From the IMG/VR virus record IMGVR_UViG_3300012953_000068, positions 1 to 40,657 of that record: a DNA stretch of 40,657 bases. One strand, 5' to 3'. Source of the DNA: a virus. Lineage: Duplodnaviria > Caudoviricetes. Each line of letters starts with the position of its first letter. The first letter of the stretch is position 1. Of the stretch, positions 1 through 7,746 are shown in pieces. The notes under the pieces were generated by a model. That model ran no database searches, had not been told where the DNA came from, and worked only from the letters and a program-made list of their open reading frames with translations. The translations under genes and the position numbers were made by a program.

Positions 1-393
1 ACAACGCTTCCCAGACCCGAGCAAATTCCCAACACAGACGCAGTAGAGAGTCGGTTCTTTAGAAGAAATGCTATAGCAGCAGATGGAACCGGAAGAGTTG
101 TCATTGCACCGTACGGAACGCAGAAGATGGCATATGCAGATGTTGGACTTGACGGAAGCGGAAATCCCACAATGACAAACTTTAACGTTGTAGATGTCTC
201 AAGCCTGATGCCAGCTAGCGAAAAAGTCCTAAATGTAGTTACAGACGGATCTACCTGGCTAGCATCTTGCGAAGACGGAGTACTCCTCGAAAGCACAAAC
301 TCAGGTGTTACCTGGACTCGTATTGCGGATCATATCTATAACTCCACAGAAGATATCATGTGTATAGTCGGAAATGTATACTTGCCGATATAG
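1..393 (+). CDS. Asp-box/BNR repeat beta-propeller protein, 5'-truncated (possible virion or receptor-binding protein)
   Basis: Frame 1 is open from base 1 (TTLPRPEQIPNTDAVESRFFRRNAIAADGTGRVV...) through the listed 127..393 ORF. It contains an Asp-box (ESTNSGVTW) and short beta-strand repeats. Confidence 0.65.
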   Translation, partial: TTLPRPEQIPNTDAVESRFFRRNAIAADGTGRVVIAPYGTQKMAYADVGLDGSGNPTMTNFNVVDVSSLMPASEKVLNVVTDGSTWLASCEDGVLLESTNSGVTWTRIADHIYNSTEDIMCIVGNVYLPI

Positions 394-407
394 AGAAAGA
401 GAGAGAT

Positions 408-1385
408 ATGCCAATTATTATAAGAGCAGGGGGACAGACAACATGGGTTGCAGTGGGCCAGAGTGGAACGGTAGCTGTATCAACAAATGCTGATAGCTGG
501 ACAGCTTATCAACTTTCTGACTCGACAGATACAAATCTTCGCAGTGTAGCCTATGGAAAAGACACTGTCACAGGAGATAGCTTGTGGATGATTGGAACTG
601 GTAACTCTTACATATCTAGCGGATCCAGCCCGTCAGCCGGTGCTGGTAGCTGGAGCGGGCTAGAGAGGATTACAAACAAATCTGATCACAGAGCATTACA
701 ATACGGTAACAATGGAGATGGAGCATGGGTTCTAGCAACAAGAGCTCGAGTAAAGAGAAACGTATCAGGGTCGTGGAGTGGCAATATAGATCTAAACTTA
801 AACAGAGCAAAAGGTATTGCCCAAGATGGTACAGGTACATGGGCTCTTGCAGCAACTGTGTACAATACTGGAAGACCCTCAATTTGGAAATCTTTTGATG
901 ATGGTGCAACCTGGTCTGAAGCTTGGAATTGGCCTACGAATTACGGTATAAATTATACAGGCAACAGAGATTACAATATTGCATACAAATCAGACAAATG
1001 GGTGGCAGCTTTCCCATTGTTGGGTATTGTGACTGGAAGTATCGCTCCTGGAGCATCTGATAGTAATTCTTTTTCAAGGGTTTTCACCTCTTCAGAAGAT
1101 CTAAGGTACATTGCAGCAGGGTCAACAAATGTATGGATGGCAGTTGACAGAATAAGAAATGTGTATATCAGCACAGACGATGCAGCATCGTGGTCAACAA
1201 CAACATCAATCCCTGGGACAGATTCACCAGCTGGCCTAGCGTATAGCGACGGCACTTGGATAGTTGTTACGGATGGAACTTCTAATAATATTATTAAGTC
1301 AACAAATAATGGTGGAACCTGGTCTGTTGTAGGATCTACGGGCGAGAGCATGGAAGATGTAGCAAGCTCTAGAATTCTTCCGTAG
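408..1385 (+). CDS. BNR/Asp-box (WD40/YVTN-like) beta-propeller protein
   Basis: Repeated SxDxGxTW-type boxes (STNADSW, SFDDGATW, STDDAASW, STNNGGTW) and W-V-A-V-G blade starts. ATG at 408 follows a purine-rich GAGAGA tract and is preferred over the overlapping start at 360. Confidence 0.75.
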   Translation: MPIIIRAGGQTTWVAVGQSGTVAVSTNADSWTAYQLSDSTDTNLRSVAYGKDTVTGDSLWMIGTGNSYISSGSSPSAGAGSWSGLERITNKSDHRALQYGNNGDGAWVLATRARVKRNVSGSWSGNIDLNLNRAKGIAQDGTGTWALAATVYNTGRPSIWKSFDDGATWSEAWNWPTNYGINYTGNRDYNIAYKSDKWVAAFPLLGIVTGSIAPGASDSNSFSRVFTSSEDLRYIAAGSTNVWMAVDRIRNVYISTDDAASWSTTTSIPGTDSPAGLAYSDGTWIVVTDGTSNNIIKSTNNGGTWSVVGSTGESMEDVASSRILP

Positions 1386-1395
1386 AGTCGGATAA

Positions 1396-1758
1396 CTATA
1401 TTTTAAACTTTCTCCAGGCCCAGGTTTTTCTTGTAATCATATAAAACTGATTTTCATCATTTTCGTAAGCTTCTTGTTCAAATGGATTTCTCATATAGGC
1501 TACCTCTCCATCTCTATATTTTATCATTCCAACAAGCCAGAAGAGGCCATATAGAATCCATTGAAAAATAAATAGCATTTCAAGCTGCTGTTGAAAGTGT
1601 ATAGTCTCGTGTGTCCTAACTCTTTCATCCATTTCGCCCCGACACCATACCCAAAAACCAAAGCTAAACGCCCATATGTTAATAGGCGAAACTTTAGACA
1701 GGATAACTGGGAGTCGGCTGTTCTCAAAAAAAACTGGTTTTAAAAGTCTAATCTTCAT
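1396..1758 (-). CDS. Small membrane-associated protein with HExxH zincin-like motif
   Basis: HETIHFQQQLE, then a hydrophobic helix (MLFIFQWILYGLFWLVG), then NPFEQEAY, which could supply a third Glu ligand. ATGA overlap with the cysteine synthase stop. Confidence 0.6.
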   Translation of the reverse strand: MKIRLLKPVFFENSRLPVILSKVSPINIWAFSFGFWVWCRGEMDERVRTHETIHFQQQLEMLFIFQWILYGLFWLVGMIKYRDGEVAYMRNPFEQEAYENDENQFYMITRKTWAWRKFKI

Positions 1759-2615
1759 ATCTCTCCATAAATTGACATGTATCTCTCTCCCCTGTCACAA
1801 AGCATTGTTACAACAACCCCTTCAGGATTATTTTCTGCAACATGCATCTCAGATGCTAAAATATTAGCACCAGCACTAATTCCTACAAGTAGGCCAGTTT
1901 CTTTAGCAAACTTTTTAGCTCTATCGATTGCTGCTTCAGTTTCTATGACTATGACTCCATCCATCATTTCTGGATCTGCAAGATAATCTTTTCCGTCTCC
2001 GATACCTTGTATTCCATGAGGGGATTCAGCAGGAACAACCATATAAGTTTTAGTTGGTGAATTTTCTAAAAATCTTCGTACACCCTCTATTGTTCCTCCA
2101 GTTCCGCTGCCGTGGACAAAAGAAGACCAGCTTAGCCCAAGCTGAAATATTTGTCGCTGAATCTCGGGACCTGTCACTGTCTCGTGGCATAGAATATTTC
2201 CTGGATTGCTAAACTGCATTGGTGACCAGACATTTTTACCACAAGAAATAAATTCATCTCTCATCTGTATTGCTCTTTCAAAATCATCATCTGGTGCATT
2301 AATAATCTTAGCACCGTATACTGACATCATCTGTCTTCGCTCTTCTGACATATTAGCTGGCATAAAAATTACACAATTCAGCCCTAGAGATGCTGCCACC
2401 ATACTAAGTGCTATTCCGGTATTTCCACTAGTTGCGTCACATAAGACTGTTTGCTCATTTATCTCACCAGATCTAACAGCTTCCTTTACAACGTACGTTA
2501 TCATTCTGTCCTTTACTGAGCCAGAAGGATTATAAGTCTCAAGTTTGCCGTATATCTTGTCAGTTATCTTTACTAGCGGTGTATTACCAGTTATTTTATC
2601 AAGACTTAGATTCAT
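1755..2615 (-). CDS. cysK: PLP-dependent cysteine synthase family protein (CysK/CysM-like)
   Basis: GNTPLV, KLETYNPSGSVKDR (PLP lysine), ATSGNTG, GSGTGGT, HGIQGIG, GISAGA, LCDRGERY. Start moved to ATG 2615, which overlaps the upstream stop (ATGA). Confidence 0.9.
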   Translation of the reverse strand: MNLSLDKITGNTPLVKITDKIYGKLETYNPSGSVKDRMITYVVKEAVRSGEINEQTVLCDATSGNTGIALSMVAASLGLNCVIFMPANMSEERRQMMSVYGAKIINAPDDDFERAIQMRDEFISCGKNVWSPMQFSNPGNILCHETVTGPEIQRQIFQLGLSWSSFVHGSGTGGTIEGVRRFLENSPTKTYMVVPAESPHGIQGIGDGKDYLADPEMMDGVIVIETEAAIDRAKKFAKETGLLVGISAGANILASEMHVAENNPEGVVVTMLCDRGERYMSIYGEI

Positions 2616-2893
2616 TTTTTTACTTTTAGCCACATTCCCCACATGATAGGTACTGCGAGCCAGTGAAGACATAGCAACCACGCGGCTGGCGCGCCTGCAT
2701 AAAAGACGGGATGAACATAATTTCCAAGAAATATAAAAAGCAAAGGGAACCCAACATCTTCAATAATCTCCCAGACTATAAATATAATAACAAAAGCAAG
2801 ACCATTTTCTCTTAGAAACTTTTTTATTTTTGTTAAAGAGAAGTGATCAAGCTTATGTAAAATTCGATGCTTTATCCAGTTAAAAAATTTCAC
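2612..2893 (-). CDS. Small integral membrane protein, function unknown
   Basis: Basic N-terminus then 2-3 hydrophobic segments. GTGA and ATGA 4-nt overlaps with both neighbours. Confidence 0.65.
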   Translation of the reverse strand: MKFFNWIKHRILHKLDHFSLTKIKKFLRENGLAFVIIFIVWEIIEDVGFPLLFIFLGNYVHPVFYAGAPAAWLLCLHWLAVPIMWGMWLKVKK

Positions 2894-3216
2894 TTGTATT
2901 CCTCTGCATAGCCCTCTTTGAGAAGCCAGTCGTTAACACATTCCTCATCGAGCCAGATTTCGCCAAGCCATCGACCGTACTTGCCCTTTTTATCTTTCTG
3001 TGTTTTTATCTTTATCCACTTGTTTCCGATCTTGTCCCGGAGAGCGTCTCTGGACTTAAGACCCTCAGACCGTTGTTTACCTCGAACCTCAGGAGCATTT
3101 ATTTTTGTGAGACGTATTTTTTGAGCTTTAAGTACAACATCAAAACCAAGGTCAATATCAACAGTAACAGTGTCACCATCGTAGACTTTTCTGACGTACG
3201 CTCTATACTCATACAT
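2890..3216 (-). CDS. Thermonuclease (SNase-like) family nuclease
   Basis: VYDGDT, IRLTKINAPE, KGKYGRWL, VNDWLLKEGYA motifs. No signal peptide. GGAG RBS. Confidence 0.88.
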   Translation of the reverse strand: MYEYRAYVRKVYDGDTVTVDIDLGFDVVLKAQKIRLTKINAPEVRGKQRSEGLKSRDALRDKIGNKWIKIKTQKDKKGKYGRWLGEIWLDEECVNDWLLKEGYAEEYK

Positions 3217-3247
3217 TTCTCCAGACTCCCGAGTTTATCTTACCCTA

Positions 3248-3255
3248 GTAAATAT
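3248..3255 (-). promoter_or_regulatory. Putative late promoter motif ATATTTAC (variant of ATANTTAW)
   Basis: Lies in the intergenic gap upstream of the nuclease operon and resembles the motif before structural genes, with one mismatch. Confidence 0.4.
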
Positions 3256-3274
3256 TTTTTAGAATGTGCTTGTT

Positions 3275-4213
3275 CTAATCAATACAGTATATTGGTGTTT
3301 TTTTAACCTCACCTAAAAGACTGGGAAGATCAAGACCCGCGCAGTCAATTTTTGTTTTAATAAAGTTGTAGTGATTACAAACCCCATGGAACCTTCCTCG
3401 CTCACACTCCTTGTGGACTCCGGTTTCAATATAGCCTTCACTGTTCTTGGGGTAATCAAGAGGAATTCCAATACCAATATGACACGCCTTCCAAAGTGCC
3501 TTGAGGGCTTCAAGTTGAACAGGGTAAAAATCCAAGAACGGATCTAGTGTCTTGCCGTGAACGTAACCATGCTCCTGGAGAGGTCTTTCTCCAAAACCAT
3601 TCTTAACATACCAGTTCTGATACTTTGGGTAGTACGCATTGGCAATTTCGACACCGACACCCTTGCTGTTTCCGCCCTCGTATCTTGGAATACCTGCGTG
3701 CCATGCTTTGTGCTGAGTGTCTAGCATCTGAAATATCGTTCCATCATTATCGATTAGAAAATGAACTGATATCCCTCGCTTGTTTAAGACTTTAGCACAA
3801 GACTCAGATGATAAGCAGACGTCCCAGTGGTTAACAAACATCGTCGGCTTTCTATCTTCTTTTCCTGAAAGATTTGTGTAGCATCCTTTGTTTGCAGAAA
3901 ATCCGCCCTCTTCATCCCAAAGCACTACTTTTTCCCACTCAATTGGGATAAACTTTCCGTTATGAACTATGTGTTTGTCTCCGGGTGTGTATACATTTGA
4001 GGTGGGCTTATGGTCAGATATGCTTGCCTCTCTTTCTGTCCAGACTCTTCTGTAAGTTGTTGGACCAACTAGTCCGTCCGCTTTAAGACCATTGGCACGC
4101 TGCCATTTTTGTACTGCCTTAACAAGCTCATGATCAAACTCATCACACCCGAACCAGCTAGGCTCCCAGCCTAACTTTGCTGCGCTTGAGCTATTATAGA
4201 AGTCTTTATCCAT
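3275..4213 (-). CDS. Endolysin: N-terminal peptidoglycan-binding domain plus N-acetylmuramoyl-L-alanine amidase (Amidase_2)
   Basis: PG_binding_1 signature AVQKWQRANGLKADGLVGPTT. Amidase motifs FVNHW, SVHFLI, AWHAG, GVEI, CNHY, KIDCAG. Confidence 0.85.
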   Translation of the reverse strand: MDKDFYNSSSAAKLGWEPSWFGCDEFDHELVKAVQKWQRANGLKADGLVGPTTYRRVWTEREASISDHKPTSNVYTPGDKHIVHNGKFIPIEWEKVVLWDEEGGFSANKGCYTNLSGKEDRKPTMFVNHWDVCLSSESCAKVLNKRGISVHFLIDNDGTIFQMLDTQHKAWHAGIPRYEGGNSKGVGVEIANAYYPKYQNWYVKNGFGERPLQEHGYVHGKTLDPFLDFYPVQLEALKALWKACHIGIGIPLDYPKNSEGYIETGVHKECERGRFHGVCNHYNFIKTKIDCAGLDLPSLLGEVKKTPIYCID

Positions 4214-4227
4214 TTTTAAAATAGCTC

Positions 4228-4830
4228 TTATTCAAGTTCAATTTCAACTGATACATTTATAGAAATCTTAGGCAGTCTAAGCTGATTTGCTAAATTGTGC
4301 TTCTTAGCCTCTTCAGAATCCAAGAACCAGTCTGCGTGCTTCTTTTTATCAACAATCTTCATAAAGTAATCATCTTTCTTTCCACAATTTCTTGCCATCA
4401 TGGTATAGATCTTTTCATTGAGCCTATCTGCCTCTGCGGCGCTAGCCTTAAGCTCCTCAACCTTCCCAAAATCCATAGAGCTGACATCGTGAATCATAAT
4501 AGTTGCATCTGGATCCATGAATCTTAAGCCCTCTTCGCCAAAAGAAAACAAGACGGCCCCGCAAGACATAGCCTTTCCTTCAACAATTGTAGCAACAGGA
4601 ATCTCTGCAGATTTAATTGCTGCAATCATTGACATTAGCGAATAAACTTGTCCGCCGTATGAATCTATGACAACAGGAATAACTTTTTGGCCTGTATTGT
4701 GGGCTAACGCCATTTGCTCAGCAAACTTCTTTGCCGAATCCTCATCAAACTTATTAACCCTTATTATAGTTGGGCTTTTTCTTAGCTCAATCTCTTTGAT
4801 TAGAGGTGAGACATTACTAATCCAATGCAT
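4228..4830 (-). CDS. clpP: ClpP-family serine protease subunit
   Basis: IDSYGG, GKAMSCG (catalytic Ser), IMIH (His), DWFL (Asp region). 200 aa. Confidence 0.85.
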   Translation of the reverse strand: MHWISNVSPLIKEIELRKSPTIIRVNKFDEDSAKKFAEQMALAHNTGQKVIPVVIDSYGGQVYSLMSMIAAIKSAEIPVATIVEGKAMSCGAVLFSFGEEGLRFMDPDATIMIHDVSSMDFGKVEELKASAAEADRLNEKIYTMMARNCGKKDDYFMKIVDKKKHADWFLDSEEAKKHNLANQLRLPKISINVSVEIELE

Positions 4831-5206
4831 TTTTTCTACTCCTGTAGTCTTTTATAGCTGCTTTAATAGCATCTTCAGCTAAAACTGAACAATGTATCTT
4901 GACAGGCGGCAGGCTAAGCTCGATAGCTATGTCAGAATTTTTAATCTTACTAGCCTCTTCGAGAGTTTTTCCTACTACCATAGTTGTTATCAATGAGCTT
5001 GAAGCTATTGCTGAGCCGCATCCAAAAGTTTTAAACTTCGCCTCCTCAATAATTCCACTGTCATCAATCTTTAATTGAAGCTTCATCACATCACCGCAAG
5101 AAGGTGCACCGACAATCCCAGTGCCCACGTCAGGACTATTCTTGTCTAAAGATCCCATGTTTTGTGGGTTTTCAAAATGATCAATAACTTTTTTAGAATA
5201 AGACAT
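4817..5206 (-). CDS. iscU: Fe-S cluster scaffold protein IscU
   Basis: MSYSKKVIDHFENP, GAPSCGDVM, KTFGCGSAIAS, LPPVKIHCS (HscA-recognition motif and third Cys). Start placed at ATG 5206. Confidence 0.95.
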   Translation of the reverse strand: MSYSKKVIDHFENPQNMGSLDKNSPDVGTGIVGAPSCGDVMKLQLKIDDSGIIEEAKFKTFGCGSAIASSSLITTMVVGKTLEEASKIKNSDIAIELSLPPVKIHCSVLAEDAIKAAIKDYRSRKNALD

Positions 5207-5208
5207 TG

Positions 5209-7716
5209 CTATCCACATTTTGCTGCGCCGCAATTTAAGCAAGTCGCGCAGCCTTCTTGATAGACTATGTTAGGATTGTCACAGCAAGCTACATCAAAAA
5301 CTCCATTGCTAGCTTTTGTTCCATCCGCTATGTACTTCTTTAGACATCTAGCAGTGACTTTTGAGAAACTAAAAAGATCAGCATCTCTATCCTTCTGGAG
5401 CTGCTCCACCATATACTGAACAGGAACGCCATGACGTAATGCCAGTGATATCGTTCTGGTGAATGCTGAATGGTTGGGGTTATCGAATACCTTAACAATG
5501 TCTTTTATCACAAATTCATCGCCATTAGTTCCAACAATTAGATCGTACTTAGAATTGACCGATTTTCTTAAACGCCTGCGGATTTTTCCAGTTGTGTGCT
5601 TCCTAGGGATCTCAACATATTCAGAAAGACCGCCTATGATCTCATAAGGCTTGCCATTCATCAGTCCGACTAGTATAGTCCAGGCCTCACCTTTAATGTT
5701 TGCCTGATGAATATCACAGTCTAGTGCTTCTGGTCGACGAGGTGCAGACTGTAAAATAATTTCGCTTGAATCTCGAGAATTTTTTGTGCCATCATCAGAC
5801 GAGACAAGGACGCCTGACCGACTTCCCTCCCTGTAGACTGTAACACCTTTGCAACCAAGCTCCCATCCTGTCATATAGACATCTTTAACTGTCTCAACAT
5901 CAATATTCTCCGGAAGGTTTGTTGTGTTAGATATTGCATGACAAACCCACTTCTGTGCCGCTGCTTGCATCTTTACTTTTGCAACCCAGTCAATCTCGTT
6001 GGCAGTAGCACCAGCATATGGGCTTATCTCAACCATCTTCTCATTGGTCACTGCTTCATCTTTTTCTACATCGACAGTACTCATCCACTGCTTAAATCCG
6101 TGATGATATACAGTGTATTCTTGCCATTTGTCTCCAGAATCGTCAACAAAATCAACCCGAGCATCAGCATCCTGACCAGTTAGCTTCTTTCTACGTGTGT
6201 AGTGGAGCATAAAAGCCGGCTCAATACCAGATGTTGTTTGAGTTAGAACTGAGACAGAGCCTGCAGGCGCTGTGGTCGTATTTGCTATATTTCTTCTTCC
6301 GTACTTCCTATAATCTTCTTGTCTGTGTGGCAAAAGCTCTTGAATAATTTTTGAAACGAAGCTATGATCTTTTTCTCTTTCAAAACTCCAGACAGGAAAA
6401 GATCCCCTTTCCTTGGCGAGAATAATTGAAGATTCATAAGAGTTAATCGCGAGCCACTTATAAATCTCTTCTGTAATTTTAATAGCCTCATCAGACCCAT
6501 AAGCTACATTTAGCATTGCCAAAGTATCGCCTAGCCCAGTTATCCCCAGCCCAGTTCTTCTGCCGTTTAAAGCTTGATCTCGAATTCTTAGCCATAGATC
6601 TTTTTCAATCTTCTTAACATTTGCGGGCTGCCTATCATTTTCAATTTTCTTAATTATTCTATCAACTTGCTCCACTTCAAGATCAATCATGTCGTCCATT
6701 AATCTTTGAGCTTTTTGAACTTTTCTCGCAAACTCTCCGTAGTCAAAAGAAGAATTTTCAGACCAAGAATTAGTAACAAAAGAAGTCAAGTTTACAAGCA
6801 TTAGCCTGCAAGAGTCGTATGGAGATAGAATAATCTCTCCGCACGGGTTGGTAGAGACAGATCCAAATCCTTCACTTTCGTATATGTCAGAAGGCGTTTC
6901 TCTCTTTGCTGTGTCCCAGAATAGGACACCTGGCTCGGCTGAAGAATGTGCTGCACCTATTAGGTCATCCCATATTTTTCTAGCTGACTCTTCTATAGAG
7001 ATTTTAGCAGACTCAGAGTCAACTGGCCATCTGAGCTCAACTTTAGTATTTTCTCTAACAGCATTCATAAATTCATCTGTTACCCTGACAGATATATTGG
7101 CCCCAGTGACTCTTTTCAAGTCTTGTTTAATTTTAATGAAGTCAAGAATTTGTGGATGGTGTACTGAGATAGTTAACATTAAAGCGCCTCTGCGGCCCCC
7201 CTGTGCTACTTCTCGACATGAGTTGCTGAATCTATCCATGAAGACTTCAATACCATCTGTAGTCCTTGCAGCATTGCCCGTTGTCATTCCTTTAGGCCGG
7301 ATGTTCGATATATCAAACCCTACTCCTCCGCGTCGTTTTGCAATTTGAACTAGTTCTTGATCAGTCTTAAGGATTCCACCGTATGAATCGTATGGAGACT
7401 CAACAACAAAGCAATTAGAAATTGACTGTACTTGCTCTAGGTTTCCAATTCCTGACATAGGGGAACCCTGGGGAATTATATACTTAAAATCAGCAAACAG
7501 GCTTAAAATCTCGTCTTCTGACATCGGGTTTGGATATTTTTCTTCTATTCTGGCAAATTCACCAGCCAGGCGACTATGCATGTCCCCCGGAGACTCTTCA
7601 AGATAATCTCCCTCACTGTTCGAAAGAGCGTATTTTGTTACAAAAACATTAGCTGCAAGAGCATCACCCTTAAAATATTCTAAACTCTCTCTGTATGCAT
7701 CATCATAAGTAAACAT
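5209..7716 (-). CDS. nrdJ: Adenosylcobalamin-dependent (class II) ribonucleotide reductase with C-terminal TSCPD-like domain and Cys-rich tail
   Basis: SNCFV, RRGGVG, GGRRGALM, ANISV, TNPCGEI (thiyl Cys), RRTGLG, TAPAGS, SGIEP, KGVTVYREGSR. Lacks the class I C-terminal YY pair, has no adjacent beta subunit, and ends in ACC...EGCATCLNCGAAKCG. Confidence 0.9.
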   Translation of the reverse strand: MFTYDDAYRESLEYFKGDALAANVFVTKYALSNSEGDYLEESPGDMHSRLAGEFARIEEKYPNPMSEDEILSLFADFKYIIPQGSPMSGIGNLEQVQSISNCFVVESPYDSYGGILKTDQELVQIAKRRGGVGFDISNIRPKGMTTGNAARTTDGIEVFMDRFSNSCREVAQGGRRGALMLTISVHHPQILDFIKIKQDLKRVTGANISVRVTDEFMNAVRENTKVELRWPVDSESAKISIEESARKIWDDLIGAAHSSAEPGVLFWDTAKRETPSDIYESEGFGSVSTNPCGEIILSPYDSCRLMLVNLTSFVTNSWSENSSFDYGEFARKVQKAQRLMDDMIDLEVEQVDRIIKKIENDRQPANVKKIEKDLWLRIRDQALNGRRTGLGITGLGDTLAMLNVAYGSDEAIKITEEIYKWLAINSYESSIILAKERGSFPVWSFEREKDHSFVSKIIQELLPHRQEDYRKYGRRNIANTTTAPAGSVSVLTQTTSGIEPAFMLHYTRRKKLTGQDADARVDFVDDSGDKWQEYTVYHHGFKQWMSTVDVEKDEAVTNEKMVEISPYAGATANEIDWVAKVKMQAAAQKWVCHAISNTTNLPENIDVETVKDVYMTGWELGCKGVTVYREGSRSGVLVSSDDGTKNSRDSSEIILQSAPRRPEALDCDIHQANIKGEAWTILVGLMNGKPYEIIGGLSEYVEIPRKHTTGKIRRRLRKSVNSKYDLIVGTNGDEFVIKDIVKVFDNPNHSAFTRTISLALRHGVPVQYMVEQLQKDRDADLFSFSKVTARCLKKYIADGTKASNGVFDVACCDNPNIVYQEGCATCLNCGAAKCG

Positions 7717-7746
7717 TTTTCTCCCTTTATAGTCTCAATATTACAG

